Shown here piece after piece: positions 8,338 to 18,348 of a DNA stretch of 38,497 nucleotides. Position numbers and translations under genes: made by a program. The notes below the pieces were generated by a model. It ran no database searches. It saw only the letters and a list, made by a program, of their open reading frames with translations, and had not been told where the DNA came from. Within the stretch, counting starts at the first letter, position 1, and every line of letters begins with the position of its first letter. Origin of the DNA: an uncultured Verrucomicrobiales bacterium (GTDB lineage: Bacteria > Verrucomicrobiota > Verrucomicrobiia > Verrucomicrobiales > DEV007); contig CALKOM010000151.1 of NCBI GenBank assembly GCA_938091905.1, positions 1 to 38,497 of the forward strand, written 5' to 3'.

Positions 8338-11300
8338 GTGCAGGATCGTTGTCGCCGAGCCCCACTCCTGCGAATCGTGATGTTCAAACTACTCCCCTTG
8401 CTTTCCACCATGGTCGTTCCCCCAGGGGAACCAACCACCAAAGATTTCGAGCATGCGCTCAGGCTTCCGGAGATCGGGCAGCATGAACTCCGCATTCTCG
8501 CACCTCGACTACTTGAAATATCCCGGATTACCACCCAAGAACAGCCTGGCGGTTGGGATACGTCGGCAAGTCGGGTCGCAATGACCCCCCCCCTGACCTC
8601 ACCACAAGCCTGGAATTTCTTGGGCCCATTCAATCCCACGGAGGATGCCCCGAATAGAGATACGCTTCAGGTCACGGTCGATGAAGCTGACGTTGCGATC
8701 GAGCGAGTTGGCTTTCGACGACGAACGCATTACGCCAAGAAAGATGGTGGCGACCTACGAATCGGCCACTCGATCTACCTCTTGCTAGGGGAAAGCATCC
8801 CAACGGGAGCGAACGTGTCCGTGACGGACGTTGATAGCTCCGAAACCAAATGGCTCGAGGACCTCGATTTCTCGGCACAGTCCTTAGCAAACCGCTACAG
8901 CCCCATGATTCATGTCAATCAGGTGGGATACGGAGCGACCTGGGAAGGCCGCGACGGCGGGGCGACAAAGAAGGCCTATGTTCATGGGTTCTTAGGCGAC
9001 CTAGGCTGGCTCCTAGCTGATGAAGCACTTGGAGAATGGGTCGTCGCCTCTGTCACCCTTGAGGATGGCCCTTCGATGGAGGACGCGATTCCGGTCGGCC
9101 TTTCTTTAGACACCTCTTTTGAGATCATCGATGCAGAAACGTCTGCCGTTGTCTATCAATCCCCTCAAAATCCATACACCGTGCGGGGTGACAGCCGCTG
9201 GCCCACCTACAATGGCGTCCTCGAGGTGGATTTCAGTGAACTGGTCACCCCTGGGAATTATCGTCTGCGCGTTCCTGGATTCGGAGCATCCATGCCTTTC
9301 AATATAGGCGAAGCCTTGCCCAAGCAGCTCACACGAACGTTTGCTCTGGGTCTCTATCACAACCGCTCTGGCCAAGACCATGCTTTGCCCTACACGCGAT
9401 TTGTCGATCCCCCAAGCCACCTTGCACCGGCCACGATGCCGTTCGATGACGAGCAATACTTCTTTCCTTACCGGAATTTCCGCGAGCAGAGCAATGGCAA
9501 TTTCACGTCGTATGACAAATATTGGAAGCACCCTGCTCCACAAATTCGCTCACCCGAAACCATGCTCTTTCCCTACGTCGGTGACGTGGTGGCGTGGTGG
9601 CCCATGGACGCAAAGGGGGTCGTCGCCGCTGACAAGGTCGTCGCTGGGTTCAACGATCTAGTATATGCCGAATCCGCTACCATGGAAGACCCCTTTGGCG
9701 GTCATCCAGATGGCAATGCCTTTGGCGAACGCCCAGCCCGCTCAGCCTACCCAGGTCAGCGCGAGAATGGTGAAGTGGAGGCGATCGTGGCTCAGCAATC
9801 CTGGAAGAATCCTGACGGCCAAGGCTATGGCGAACTCGGCGGCTTTCACGGCGTTGGTTTCATCAACACCTACCAAATCTATAGTCGGAACGACGACGAG
9901 GAGGATGCCCCTGACCTAGAGACTCGTGCTACAGGAATTCTCGACACTGCAAGTTTCGTGATTGACGAACCCTGGCTCGCGTTTCTCATCGGCGGATCAA
10001 ACCAGCCATACGACCTCGATCTTGGAGGCCAACAAGCCGGTGTCACTGCGGTCAACCTTCTCGTCGATGGAACGCCGATCCGAACGGCAACGGGTTCGGA
10101 TAAGAATCTCATGACCTGGAAGTACTGGAATGTAAGCGACCTCCAAGGCCAGACCGCGTCGGTTCAAATCCTCGATAGTAGCACGACTGGATTCCTCCTT
10201 GCCGATGAGTTCATGCTAACCAAGCGCGATGCCCTACGAGAGATATCCTCCTATCGAGAGACCTCCCAGCTACAAGGAAACCCAGAGTTCACGACAAAGC
10301 AGAGCGACGCCGTCTTGGGCAACAGCCTCCGTTTTGACGGCGTGGACGATACCGTCGAGGCTCATTCGTTAGATCCTCTAGCGGCTACCGACAGCCTGAC
10401 CCTCAGCACGTGGGTCAAACTTGAAACTCGCGACCGCGACCAAGTCATCCTAAGCAAGGGCGACGACTTTGCGCTGAAATTCGTGGCCGATGAGAACAAG
10501 ATCAGTTGGACAGTTGGTGACATTGAAGTCACCAGCCCTCGCAAGATCACGAACAATGCCTGGCATTTCGTGGCAGCAACCTTCAAGGTCGGAGCGGATG
10601 ATGGCTTAAGACTCTGGGTGGATGAAGTCGACCAAGTCGGCTCTGCCTCCACCGCAGACCTCGCCTCCTACCCACACACCTCTTCCATCCTCATGCTCGG
10701 AGGCGACGGTGAACAACGTCTTCATGGAGGACTCGATGATCTGCGTATCCGTTCCTCCGTCGTTTCGGACGAGGAACTGCTCGACTCCAGTTCGGGCTCC
10801 GGCCCTTGGATCGACGTCTCATTAGGGCACTTCGATGCGGGAGACTACAGCAAGTATATGATCAATAGCGCCCTTGCCCTACACGCCCTCACCTTTACTG
10901 CGGATCAGTTGCTACAACTCGGTGCCGAGGATTCAACTAAGCTAGACAACTTAGGCATTCCCGAAAGTGGCGACGGCATCCCCGATGTCCTGCAGGAAGC
11001 AAAGTGGGAGGCGGATTACATCGCCAAGATGCAAGACACCGATGGCGGGTTCTTCTTCCTCGTGCATCCCCGAGGTCGATCATTTGAAACCGATGTGCTC
11101 CCGTCACAAGGAGACGAGCAGGTCGTTTGGCCCAAGACGCTCTCCGCCACCGGAGCTGCAGTAGGTTCTCTCGTAGAGATTGCCACTTCACCCAGTTTCC
11201 AGCACCACTACCCAGAAGATGCAGAACGCTACCTCGCCGCCGGTCTCCGTGGATGGGATTTCATTCTCAAGGGAGTGGAGAAGTACGGTGTCTCAGGCGG

Positions 11301-13617
11301 ATACCAACGACTCAATCACTACGGCACACTAGCGGAAGCACGCGACGAGATCGCTTGGGCTGCGGCAGCACTCTTTGGAGCCACTGGTGATGCGGGCTAT
11401 GAAGCCCACATCATTGAATGGATGCCTTGGAATGCCGAGGAGTTCAATGGCGTTGCCTTCGCCTGGCGCGAATTCCGACGCTTCACGTGGCAGAAACTCT
11501 ACGAGCCTACCGGAGCAGCCATGCGGTGCTACTACTTCGCGAATCGCGGAGCCCGCAAGAATAATTCTATCTCCTACGACGAGACTCTTATTGGCCCGAA
11601 ACCCTATCACGAACACGTGCGCGACGAACTCATCGGTGCCGCTGACGACTTGTTCGCCTGGGCCGAGAGCAACCCTTACCGAGCGAGCATCCCTTCAGAA
11701 GCAAAGCGCTTCGGAAGCGTGTCCTACTTCTTTGGAATTTCTGATGCCTTCGATCTTCTCACTGCCCACCTCATAGATCCCAAACCTGAGTATTTCGACG
11801 CCATCGTTGGCAACCTCAACCACGCGCTCGGAGCGAATGCGGCGAATCGGTCCTACGTCTCAGGCTTGGGCTGGAATCAGTCCCACGAGTACGTTTCGCA
11901 ATTTGCCCACAACGACGAGCGCCAACTCCCGCCCACGGGCGTCAATATTGGTTCCGTCAATACAGCCATGCCGTGGCTCCTCGAGTATCAGGGTCTGCTC
12001 GGTTGGAACACTTATCCACCTGACGCAGATGAGGCAGACGTTCCTACCCCCTACGGCGTCTACGATCGCCAAACAGACGTTTGGAACGTCTCAAACGAAT
12101 TTGTCATTCCAATTCAAGCGAGAGCCTTCGCTATCAGTGCCTATCTCTATCAGTTCACCGAAGATTATAAAACAGCCTGGAAACCTGCTCCTAGCATTGA
12201 AATTGTCGGCACTCCCGAGTCTGCTGAAGTCGGCAGCACTTACGATCTCACCCTCACGGCAACGGGAGCCGATCTCACCACGGGTCGCATCGTCTGGGAA
12301 GCACCCGACCAAGCGTTTGGTTTAACAAGCCCTAACTACACCATCAATACGGAGATCGCCAGACGTGGCTGGGTGGAAGCTGAGGTGTTCTGGCCAGATG
12401 GCAAACGTAGCTTTGCTCGGAAAGACTTTCCCGTCACGGAGAAGGTCAATCAAAACATTGAGCAACACCAGCCAGATCCCGTCGAGCCTCCCCCAGGCAT
12501 CTACGGCAAGATACTTGGAAATGGCAATGTTAGACTATACTACCCGCTCGATAGCGACTTCAACGACGCCATGCAGATCGTTAGAAAGTCCCCGGGCTCG
12601 AGTGAGAATCCTTACAGACTGACAACGAACGGAAACCCAACGTTCGATACCGGTAACTTTGAGTGGCCCGGCTATACCACAAGCCGCCCAGACTTTCGCC
12701 CTCTCCGCATCGACGCTTCCGAAGACTTACTGCAAACCGAAAACAGAGCCCTCTTTGTCAATGATCTCTTTCCTCCACACGCAGAGTGGATCAGCATGGA
12801 AGCGATTGTCTTTATTGACGAGTTTAATCAGAATGGCAGTGCAGCTTACATGCCAGCCCTGGATATCGAAGGACTCTCTCAGCCAGTGCGCCTTTGGATT
12901 TACAAAGACCCTTGGAATGGACCCATCACCGGCATCTACGGGAAAACCCAGCAGACAAACCTCGATGAAATCATTCCACGAAAAACTTGGATGCATTTAC
13001 GCACGGTGATGAACGAGGAGACCACCACGACCTACATGGACGGCGAGGTCATTAATACGGTACCTACTGAAGAATTCGATGCCTGGCTAAATCCTGCGTA
13101 CCGCATCAAGATCTACCTGGGAGGCTTTAAGGGTTTTGTCAGTGACCTTATCATCAAGGCAGGGACGGGAGCCGAAGAGTCGCTCGGTGAAACCGTTCCC
13201 TCGCCATTAAGTAGCTTTGACGAGTGGCTCGACTGGCAGTTTCTCGGGGAGACAGGGGCAGACTCGCTCCCAGAAGCCGATCCTGATGCCGATGGTCGTA
13301 GCAACTTGCTAGAATACGCTTTGGGCTCATCGCCGCACGACATGGATCGCATGGACGTGCCATTGCAGCTACTCGAGGCGCCAAGCGGTGAGTTATCCCT
13401 AAGATACAGTCGCCCACGCGATGAGGATCGACCTGATCTTTCTTACGCCATCACCCACTCCACAGATATGGAGATCTGGAAGGAATTTGATCCACCTCTA
13501 GAAGTCAGCCAAGCCACGGAAGATGTGTTCGGCATCATTACCTACCAAATCAACGATGCCCGCCTCCAGCCAGAGTCGACCACTCGTTTCCTCCGGTTAG
13601 AAGTGAACATCGACTAA
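8338..13617 (+). CDS. Modular glycoside hydrolase family 9 (Ig-like N-domain, GH9 with inserted LamG and CBM38-like domains, second LamG-like domain, C-terminal module)
   Basis: HVNQVGY and DFSELVTPGNYRL (CelD-type N-domain). GHFDAGDYSKY, GDGIPDVLQEAKWEADY..KMQD, DEIAWAAAAL, LGAN..NRSYVSGLG, and NEF (putative catalytic Glu, 12097). Start may be ATG 8380. Confidence 0.85.
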   Translation: MQDRCRRAPLLRIVMFKLLPLLSTMVVPPGEPTTKDFEHALRLPEIGQHELRILAPRLLEISRITTQEQPGGWDTSASRVAMTPPLTSPQAWNFLGPFNPTEDAPNRDTLQVTVDEADVAIERVGFRRRTHYAKKDGGDLRIGHSIYLLLGESIPTGANVSVTDVDSSETKWLEDLDFSAQSLANRYSPMIHVNQVGYGATWEGRDGGATKKAYVHGFLGDLGWLLADEALGEWVVASVTLEDGPSMEDAIPVGLSLDTSFEIIDAETSAVVYQSPQNPYTVRGDSRWPTYNGVLEVDFSELVTPGNYRLRVPGFGASMPFNIGEALPKQLTRTFALGLYHNRSGQDHALPYTRFVDPPSHLAPATMPFDDEQYFFPYRNFREQSNGNFTSYDKYWKHPAPQIRSPETMLFPYVGDVVAWWPMDAKGVVAADKVVAGFNDLVYAESATMEDPFGGHPDGNAFGERPARSAYPGQRENGEVEAIVAQQSWKNPDGQGYGELGGFHGVGFINTYQIYSRNDDEEDAPDLETRATGILDTASFVIDEPWLAFLIGGSNQPYDLDLGGQQAGVTAVNLLVDGTPIRTATGSDKNLMTWKYWNVSDLQGQTASVQILDSSTTGFLLADEFMLTKRDALREISSYRETSQLQGNPEFTTKQSDAVLGNSLRFDGVDDTVEAHSLDPLAATDSLTLSTWVKLETRDRDQVILSKGDDFALKFVADENKISWTVGDIEVTSPRKITNNAWHFVAATFKVGADDGLRLWVDEVDQVGSASTADLASYPHTSSILMLGGDGEQRLHGGLDDLRIRSSVVSDEELLDSSSGSGPWIDVSLGHFDAGDYSKYMINSALALHALTFTADQLLQLGAEDSTKLDNLGIPESGDGIPDVLQEAKWEADYIAKMQDTDGGFFFLVHPRGRSFETDVLPSQGDEQVVWPKTLSATGAAVGSLVEIATSPSFQHHYPEDAERYLAAGLRGWDFILKGVEKYGVSGGYQRLNHYGTLAEARDEIAWAAAALFGATGDAGYEAHIIEWMPWNAEEFNGVAFAWREFRRFTWQKLYEPTGAAMRCYYFANRGARKNNSISYDETLIGPKPYHEHVRDELIGAADDLFAWAESNPYRASIPSEAKRFGSVSYFFGISDAFDLLTAHLIDPKPEYFDAIVGNLNHALGANAANRSYVSGLGWNQSHEYVSQFAHNDERQLPPTGVNIGSVNTAMPWLLEYQGLLGWNTYPPDADEADVPTPYGVYDRQTDVWNVSNEFVIPIQARAFAISAYLYQFTEDYKTAWKPAPSIEIVGTPESAEVGSTYDLTLTATGADLTTGRIVWEAPDQAFGLTSPNYTINTEIARRGWVEAEVFWPDGKRSFARKDFPVTEKVNQNIEQHQPDPVEPPPGIYGKILGNGNVRLYYPLDSDFNDAMQIVRKSPGSSENPYRLTTNGNPTFDTGNFEWPGYTTSRPDFRPLRIDASEDLLQTENRALFVNDLFPPHAEWISMEAIVFIDEFNQNGSAAYMPALDIEGLSQPVRLWIYKDPWNGPITGIYGKTQQTNLDEIIPRKTWMHLRTVMNEETTTTYMDGEVINTVPTEEFDAWLNPAYRIKIYLGGFKGFVSDLIIKAGTGAEESLGETVPSPLSSFDEWLDWQFLGETGADSLPEADPDADGRSNLLEYALGSSPHDMDRMDVPLQLLEAPSGELSLRYSRPRDEDRPDLSYAITHSTDMEIWKEFDPPLEVSQATEDVFGIITYQINDARLQPESTTRFLRLEVNID

Positions 13618-16133
13618 GGAGCCGTTACACGGAAGCGGATAAACAGGTCACCATCCAAATCGCCCGTCCGTTCAAATCGGTAGAACTGCCAGGGGCCAAA
13701 GAGCAGCGAAGGAGGGTCCAGTTCTTCCCAGTCGGTCGCGGGCAACCAAGAACCGGGCATCATGGTCTTGGATCCCTCGATGGCATACTGAAGCTCACCA
13801 CCACTGACCTCGCCGGTGTAACGGCGAAACGTCAACCGACTAATCAATTCCCCAGAACGCTCAAACTGGGAAAGGTGCGGCGGCTGCGATGCTGCGACGT
13901 TTTCCGGAAAACCCTGCTCATAGTTGATCACAAGGAAAGGCGCGCGATCACTCCCGCTCTCGGAAGAGGCCAGCTCACGGGTGCCAACTCCCTCCTCCTC
14001 TCGTTTCTCCAGGAAAAGATTCAGGGTCCCTCCAGGTGACCACCCATCAATTCCGATCACTTCTTGGATGAGCCCAGAAAGATCGGGAGTCCGTTGAGAT
14101 GAACTACGCTGGTTTGTAAACAACCAAGGAGGTAGCATCCACATCACTTTGGAAATTGTCCGAGTGCGGGGCGCAAGCGGATGGCCACCAGCAACCAGAC
14201 CTGCCGCATTCGGCTGCGCCTCCGCATGAATACTCACCGCCCCTGGAAGCGAACTGGCCGAAGCTGCTGTAAACTGAACGTAAGCCCGTGAGATGGTGAT
14301 ATCCTGGGGGAGCTGCAGTTCTGGAAAGCTCAAGGCGACAATCCCATCTCCCAAGGTGAGCGAGTCTCCCTCACTCTCTAACACCCCATTATCTTCGACT
14401 GCATCATCTTCCCCAGACAGGATTGGCGTACGCACACCTACTAACTGATGCCGGCGCAACCACCCAGTCTGGGTCTCTGGACTCTGCCGGGTATCCCCTC
14501 TCCAAGAGGAGAACGTCCTCAGGAACACGTCCTGTTCCACAACAATGGGGCCGTTCGCCTTTGCAGATCCCAGCGTAGGCGGACTACCATCCAATGTATA
14601 GTAGACCTCCGCATCAGGTGCAGGAGGACTGGGTGTAATGATAATCTTCAACCGCCTCTCACCAAGTAATGCTGTCGTCACTCGCGGGCCAAATGGACGC
14701 CACGGATAGGCGAGCCTCTCAGGCGGATCAACCGATCCAGATTTGATTATCTGAAAACGATCTGGAATCTGGCTAAGCCAGTTGATCATATAGCCCGTGA
14801 GCGTGTCTCCATCCACGTCGAGCAAAAGCGAGCCCGTTTGCGGAATGGTTTGCCGCATGACCGGCATTGTCCCAATGGACTGGACTGCACCACGACCATT
14901 TCCAGCGACCACAGCAATAGTTCCTTCGTTAGGATTAAGCCCTTCACTTTTGCGATAGGGCCCGTCGCCAGACGGGCCAGGATCACCATCACCATCGTCA
15001 TAGACCACGCCATCGACCACCGTTGGCGTGGCATAAGCCCCATCGATCAGCATCGACCGCTCATAGGTATGCGAATGGCCCGCCAGCACCAAGTCGACAC
15101 CATGAGATTCCAGTATCGGCATGATATGCTCCCTCATCTCTACAAGCTGGTGCTCCCAATCACTGTCGTGGGTGCCTTTCGTATAAGGAGGATGGTGAAA
15201 GAAGGCGATCAGCCACTTTGCTGTTGCCCGCCCAAGATCCTCACGCAACCACAATGCCATTTCTCCACTAGGCAAACGATCCAAATCGTGACTATTGAGG
15301 CAGACAAAGTGAATAGATCCGCTATCAAAAGAATAATAGCTTTCACTACCTGAAGGCACACCGCCTGCCTCTGCACGCGTAGGCACTACATAGGCATCAA
15401 AGTAAGGCCCAACCGCAGAGATACCACTAGACGATGCACCTTCATGGTTTCCCATCGTCGGCCAGGTGACTGTATTCCTCAACAGGGTCTCGTAAACATC
15501 GAAGAAGTTCGTCTGGAACTCTGCATCGTCTCCGAAATTATAAGCCATGTCACCCAAATGAAGGTAGGCATCAATCTCGCGACCAGAAGCGGCCACTTGA
15601 GCTTGGACGGCTTGAAACGCCTGCCACTGCAACAGCCCACCATCCCCAGAATCGCCAACCACCCAGAACCGCTGCGGCGCCTCACTACCCACCAGCGGCA
15701 AGGTCTGCATATAGTGAGAGTCCGTCCCACCTGCTAACAATACCTCACCATCATACACCCCATAGAAATAGCGTGTGCTCGGCTCCAGCCCTTTCACCAA
15801 AAACTCATGCTGATACGTGTTTGGAGGAGCGCTGGCCAGGTGGGTAATGCCGTCCTCTTCCAAGGGAAGCTCCTCCAAATCATTGATAGGCGGATACTTG
15901 GTGATTCCGCTCGAGACAACTTCAGTCAAAGTGTCCGGAGTCGTTCCATAGCGTAGGCTAGGATTTCCAAGGCCGAGAGTTCTCCATACGACAAAAGCAG
16001 CGTGAGGGGTCGTTTGCTGGATGTAGGGTTTCCTCGTCAACGTGATATCCACCACCACGAGAGATTCAGCAGCGTGCGCCAACAGGCACCCACAACAGAT
16101 CACACTTACGATACGACGAATACTCACCGACAT
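13614..16133 (-). CDS. Exported purple acid phosphatase-like metallophosphoesterase with accessory beta-domains
   Basis: Signal peptide; FN3-like N-domain (GLEPSTRYFY); GDSG, GDMAY, GNHE, HHPPY, GHSH motifs; VYYTLDGSPPT (Fn3-associated/chitobiase-C-like); C-terminal module. Confidence 0.88.
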   Translation of the reverse strand: MSVSIRRIVSVICCGCLLAHAAESLVVVDITLTRKPYIQQTTPHAAFVVWRTLGLGNPSLRYGTTPDTLTEVVSSGITKYPPINDLEELPLEEDGITHLASAPPNTYQHEFLVKGLEPSTRYFYGVYDGEVLLAGGTDSHYMQTLPLVGSEAPQRFWVVGDSGDGGLLQWQAFQAVQAQVAASGREIDAYLHLGDMAYNFGDDAEFQTNFFDVYETLLRNTVTWPTMGNHEGASSSGISAVGPYFDAYVVPTRAEAGGVPSGSESYYSFDSGSIHFVCLNSHDLDRLPSGEMALWLREDLGRATAKWLIAFFHHPPYTKGTHDSDWEHQLVEMREHIMPILESHGVDLVLAGHSHTYERSMLIDGAYATPTVVDGVVYDDGDGDPGPSGDGPYRKSEGLNPNEGTIAVVAGNGRGAVQSIGTMPVMRQTIPQTGSLLLDVDGDTLTGYMINWLSQIPDRFQIIKSGSVDPPERLAYPWRPFGPRVTTALLGERRLKIIITPSPPAPDAEVYYTLDGSPPTLGSAKANGPIVVEQDVFLRTFSSWRGDTRQSPETQTGWLRRHQLVGVRTPILSGEDDAVEDNGVLESEGDSLTLGDGIVALSFPELQLPQDITISRAYVQFTAASASSLPGAVSIHAEAQPNAAGLVAGGHPLAPRTRTISKVMWMLPPWLFTNQRSSSQRTPDLSGLIQEVIGIDGWSPGGTLNLFLEKREEEGVGTRELASSESGSDRAPFLVINYEQGFPENVAASQPPHLSQFERSGELISRLTFRRYTGEVSGGELQYAIEGSKTMMPGSWLPATDWEELDPPSLLFGPWQFYRFERTGDLDGDLFIRFRVTAP

Positions 16134-16176
16134 AGCCTCGATACTCTAGAAAGGTCGTTGAACGGAAACAACCAGA

Positions 16177-16755
16177 TTAGTGCTCGTGTGCACGACGCTT
16201 TCGCCGAAGGCCATAGACCTCAGGAATGGCTTCCGCCCTTTCATGAAGCACTTCGGTCGCTTTAGCCAGCACTTCCAGAATAGCTTCCCCATAAGCCTTC
16301 TCTCCAAGCTGCCGCGAAGCAACGCCTAGCACACTTCCCAGATCCTCTTCCGAGACAAACGGTTCCAGACCATACCCAACAGAAAGATTTGCGCGATCAT
16401 GCCTGGCATCAATTACAAGCAACAGGTGAAAGTTTAGTCCGCCTTTGTCCAAATGGCTGCACAATTCAGACCCATTAAAGACCCAGAACGCATACTTGGC
16501 CAGTGGCTCTTCTGATGACACCGTCGTCAGCAGCACGTTGAAATCAAGTTGAGGGAATTGCCTCGCAAACTGCCTTATCTTCCCGCGCACCTTTGAGGCT
16601 TCACGCATGGAAAGCACTCTGGGTAGGTCTGACAAAGCGCCTTTCAACTTTGGCATCCCGCCAAAGACCTCACCTAAGTTCTCATAGCTGAATTGGCACT
16701 TTGGGCAGGCGCTGACCTCTTCAGTCAACGCAGCTTGGCAGTGCGGGCAATTCAT
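16177..16755 (-). CDS. TPM-domain protein with N-terminal zinc ribbon
   Basis: CPHC..CPKC at the N-terminus; LLLVID..ANLSVGYGLEPFV TPM signature. Confidence 0.8.
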   Translation of the reverse strand: MNCPHCQAALTEEVSACPKCQFSYENLGEVFGGMPKLKGALSDLPRVLSMREASKVRGKIRQFARQFPQLDFNVLLTTVSSEEPLAKYAFWVFNGSELCSHLDKGGLNFHLLLVIDARHDRANLSVGYGLEPFVSEEDLGSVLGVASRQLGEKAYGEAILEVLAKATEVLHERAEAIPEVYGLRRKRRAHEH

Positions 16756-16806
16756 AATTGCTAAGTAGAGTTAGCCGTTGATGAATGCAAGGGACGAGTT
16801 TGCTCG

Positions 16807-18285
16807 TCACTCGGAGACCGAGGGCAGCGCCATAACGCTCTCCATAATCCGACGTCGCCAGTTCGCCAATCGATCTGCACTCGCCTCATAGTGATTGATC
16901 ATGAGCGCAAAGGTGTAGCCATTGTCTGAATAGCCGGTGTAGGCACGCACGCGACTCATCGCACCACCTTTCCAGCGCAAGCGTCCATTGTGATAGGCAT
17001 TTAAGGTCCCCTTGAATACGTCTCCAAACGTTGACCGCCCCACCAGCCAAAGAACCTTTGCTAGATCGACTGGGCGAATATCATCAGCCCGTGCCAACCC
17101 ACTGCCATCTTCCATCCGAAGACCATAAAAAGGCACTCCTTGTTTCTCCCAATACCGTTTGATGATCTCGCTTCCCGAACGGTTCAATGAATCCGCTTTG
17201 GTCAGCTCTTGAAACAGGCACTCTGTAACCATGTTATCACTCGTTCGGTGAAGATAGCGGACAATTTCCTGCAATGACGCCGAGGGATGAGCCAAGAGGA
17301 CGTGCGTAGCCTCGGGCAGGTCCGCGCCGTTCCCGGTCGCTAACCGACGCCGCGTGGTCGATTCTCCAACAACATCGATCCCCTCAAGCTCTAGCAACGA
17401 CTTAAAGCTCTCGGCTCCATGATATGCCGGATCGGGAATCGCCCCCTGCGCCGAAACAAGTTCATCGCCAAGCGGAACTTGCCCGCGAAAGGTGAGAGCG
17501 GCAGCATACGGGCCACCATAGACCGAAAGCCAGCCATCAGATTCCGTCTCGGCGGTAAGAGTGAAATTTGCCCGCGACAACCAAGGTAACGGCGGCGTCA
17601 TCTCGGCAATCGTCCCCGGGAGTCCGACTGTCTCTGCCGGGCTAAAGCTCACGTCGAAGCGATTGAAATCGAGGTTGAAACCACATGGACCCGCTCCGTA
17701 GTAGTTGCTAACATCCCCCCAATCCCAGGCATTTGGAATCATTTGCTCCGGGAAATAAGCAGCATCTGTCACCACGCGTCCTTTCACCGTCTTGAGGCCT
17801 TTCGCTTTTAACTCCCCCGCCCACTTCGCCAGCGTGACACTCGTAAAGATGGGATCACCTCCTCCAAGGATGACCAGATCTCCATCGTAGGCACCTTCGG
17901 CATCCAACTTCCATGGAGCACTCGCCGTTAGGGTCGTCGTGAATCGATGCTCGGGCCCTAACATCGCCATGGCCGTTGCCGAGGTGACAGCCTTTAGCGT
18001 CGACGCTGGCGTCATCGCCTCATTCCCCCGATAACTGAAAACGGGTTCCTCCTCATCGGCGAAGACAACCAAGCCAAGACTTGCTGCTGTGAAACCATCC
18101 TCTACTTGCATCGCCGCCATGACTTGCTCCAACTCGGAATACGGAGAGGGCTTTGCAATCGTCGGCATCAGCGCCCCTGTTGGTGTAGGCGATAGTCTGG
18201 TTGAAAGCCGTGCCGAGGAACGCGATTGGAACCACGTTATCACCAACAAACTTGCCAACACAACAATGAGTATGTTTTTCCACAT
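16807..18285 (-). CDS. dacB: D-alanyl-D-alanine carboxypeptidase/endopeptidase (PBP4, peptidase S13)
   Basis: PASTLK (SxxK), GGGDP, SDN (SxN), DGSGL, and KGG in place of KTG; N-terminal membrane anchor/signal. Confidence 0.88.
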   Translation of the reverse strand: MWKNILIVVLASLLVITWFQSRSSARLSTRLSPTPTGALMPTIAKPSPYSELEQVMAAMQVEDGFTAASLGLVVFADEEEPVFSYRGNEAMTPASTLKAVTSATAMAMLGPEHRFTTTLTASAPWKLDAEGAYDGDLVILGGGDPIFTSVTLAKWAGELKAKGLKTVKGRVVTDAAYFPEQMIPNAWDWGDVSNYYGAGPCGFNLDFNRFDVSFSPAETVGLPGTIAEMTPPLPWLSRANFTLTAETESDGWLSVYGGPYAAALTFRGQVPLGDELVSAQGAIPDPAYHGAESFKSLLELEGIDVVGESTTRRRLATGNGADLPEATHVLLAHPSASLQEIVRYLHRTSDNMVTECLFQELTKADSLNRSGSEIIKRYWEKQGVPFYGLRMEDGSGLARADDIRPVDLAKVLWLVGRSTFGDVFKGTLNAYHNGRLRWKGGAMSRVRAYTGYSDNGYTFALMINHYEASADRLANWRRRIMESVMALPSVSE

Positions 18286-18348
18286 GATGTTCTAGGCCTG
18301 CAGGTCTCTTCAGTTGCGAGAGAGGCCTTTCATTCCTAGACTTATCCT

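Noticed and set aside
13614..13617. Overlapping stop codons of convergent GH9 and phosphatase genes
   Set aside because: Real, but a common compact arrangement with no further signal.
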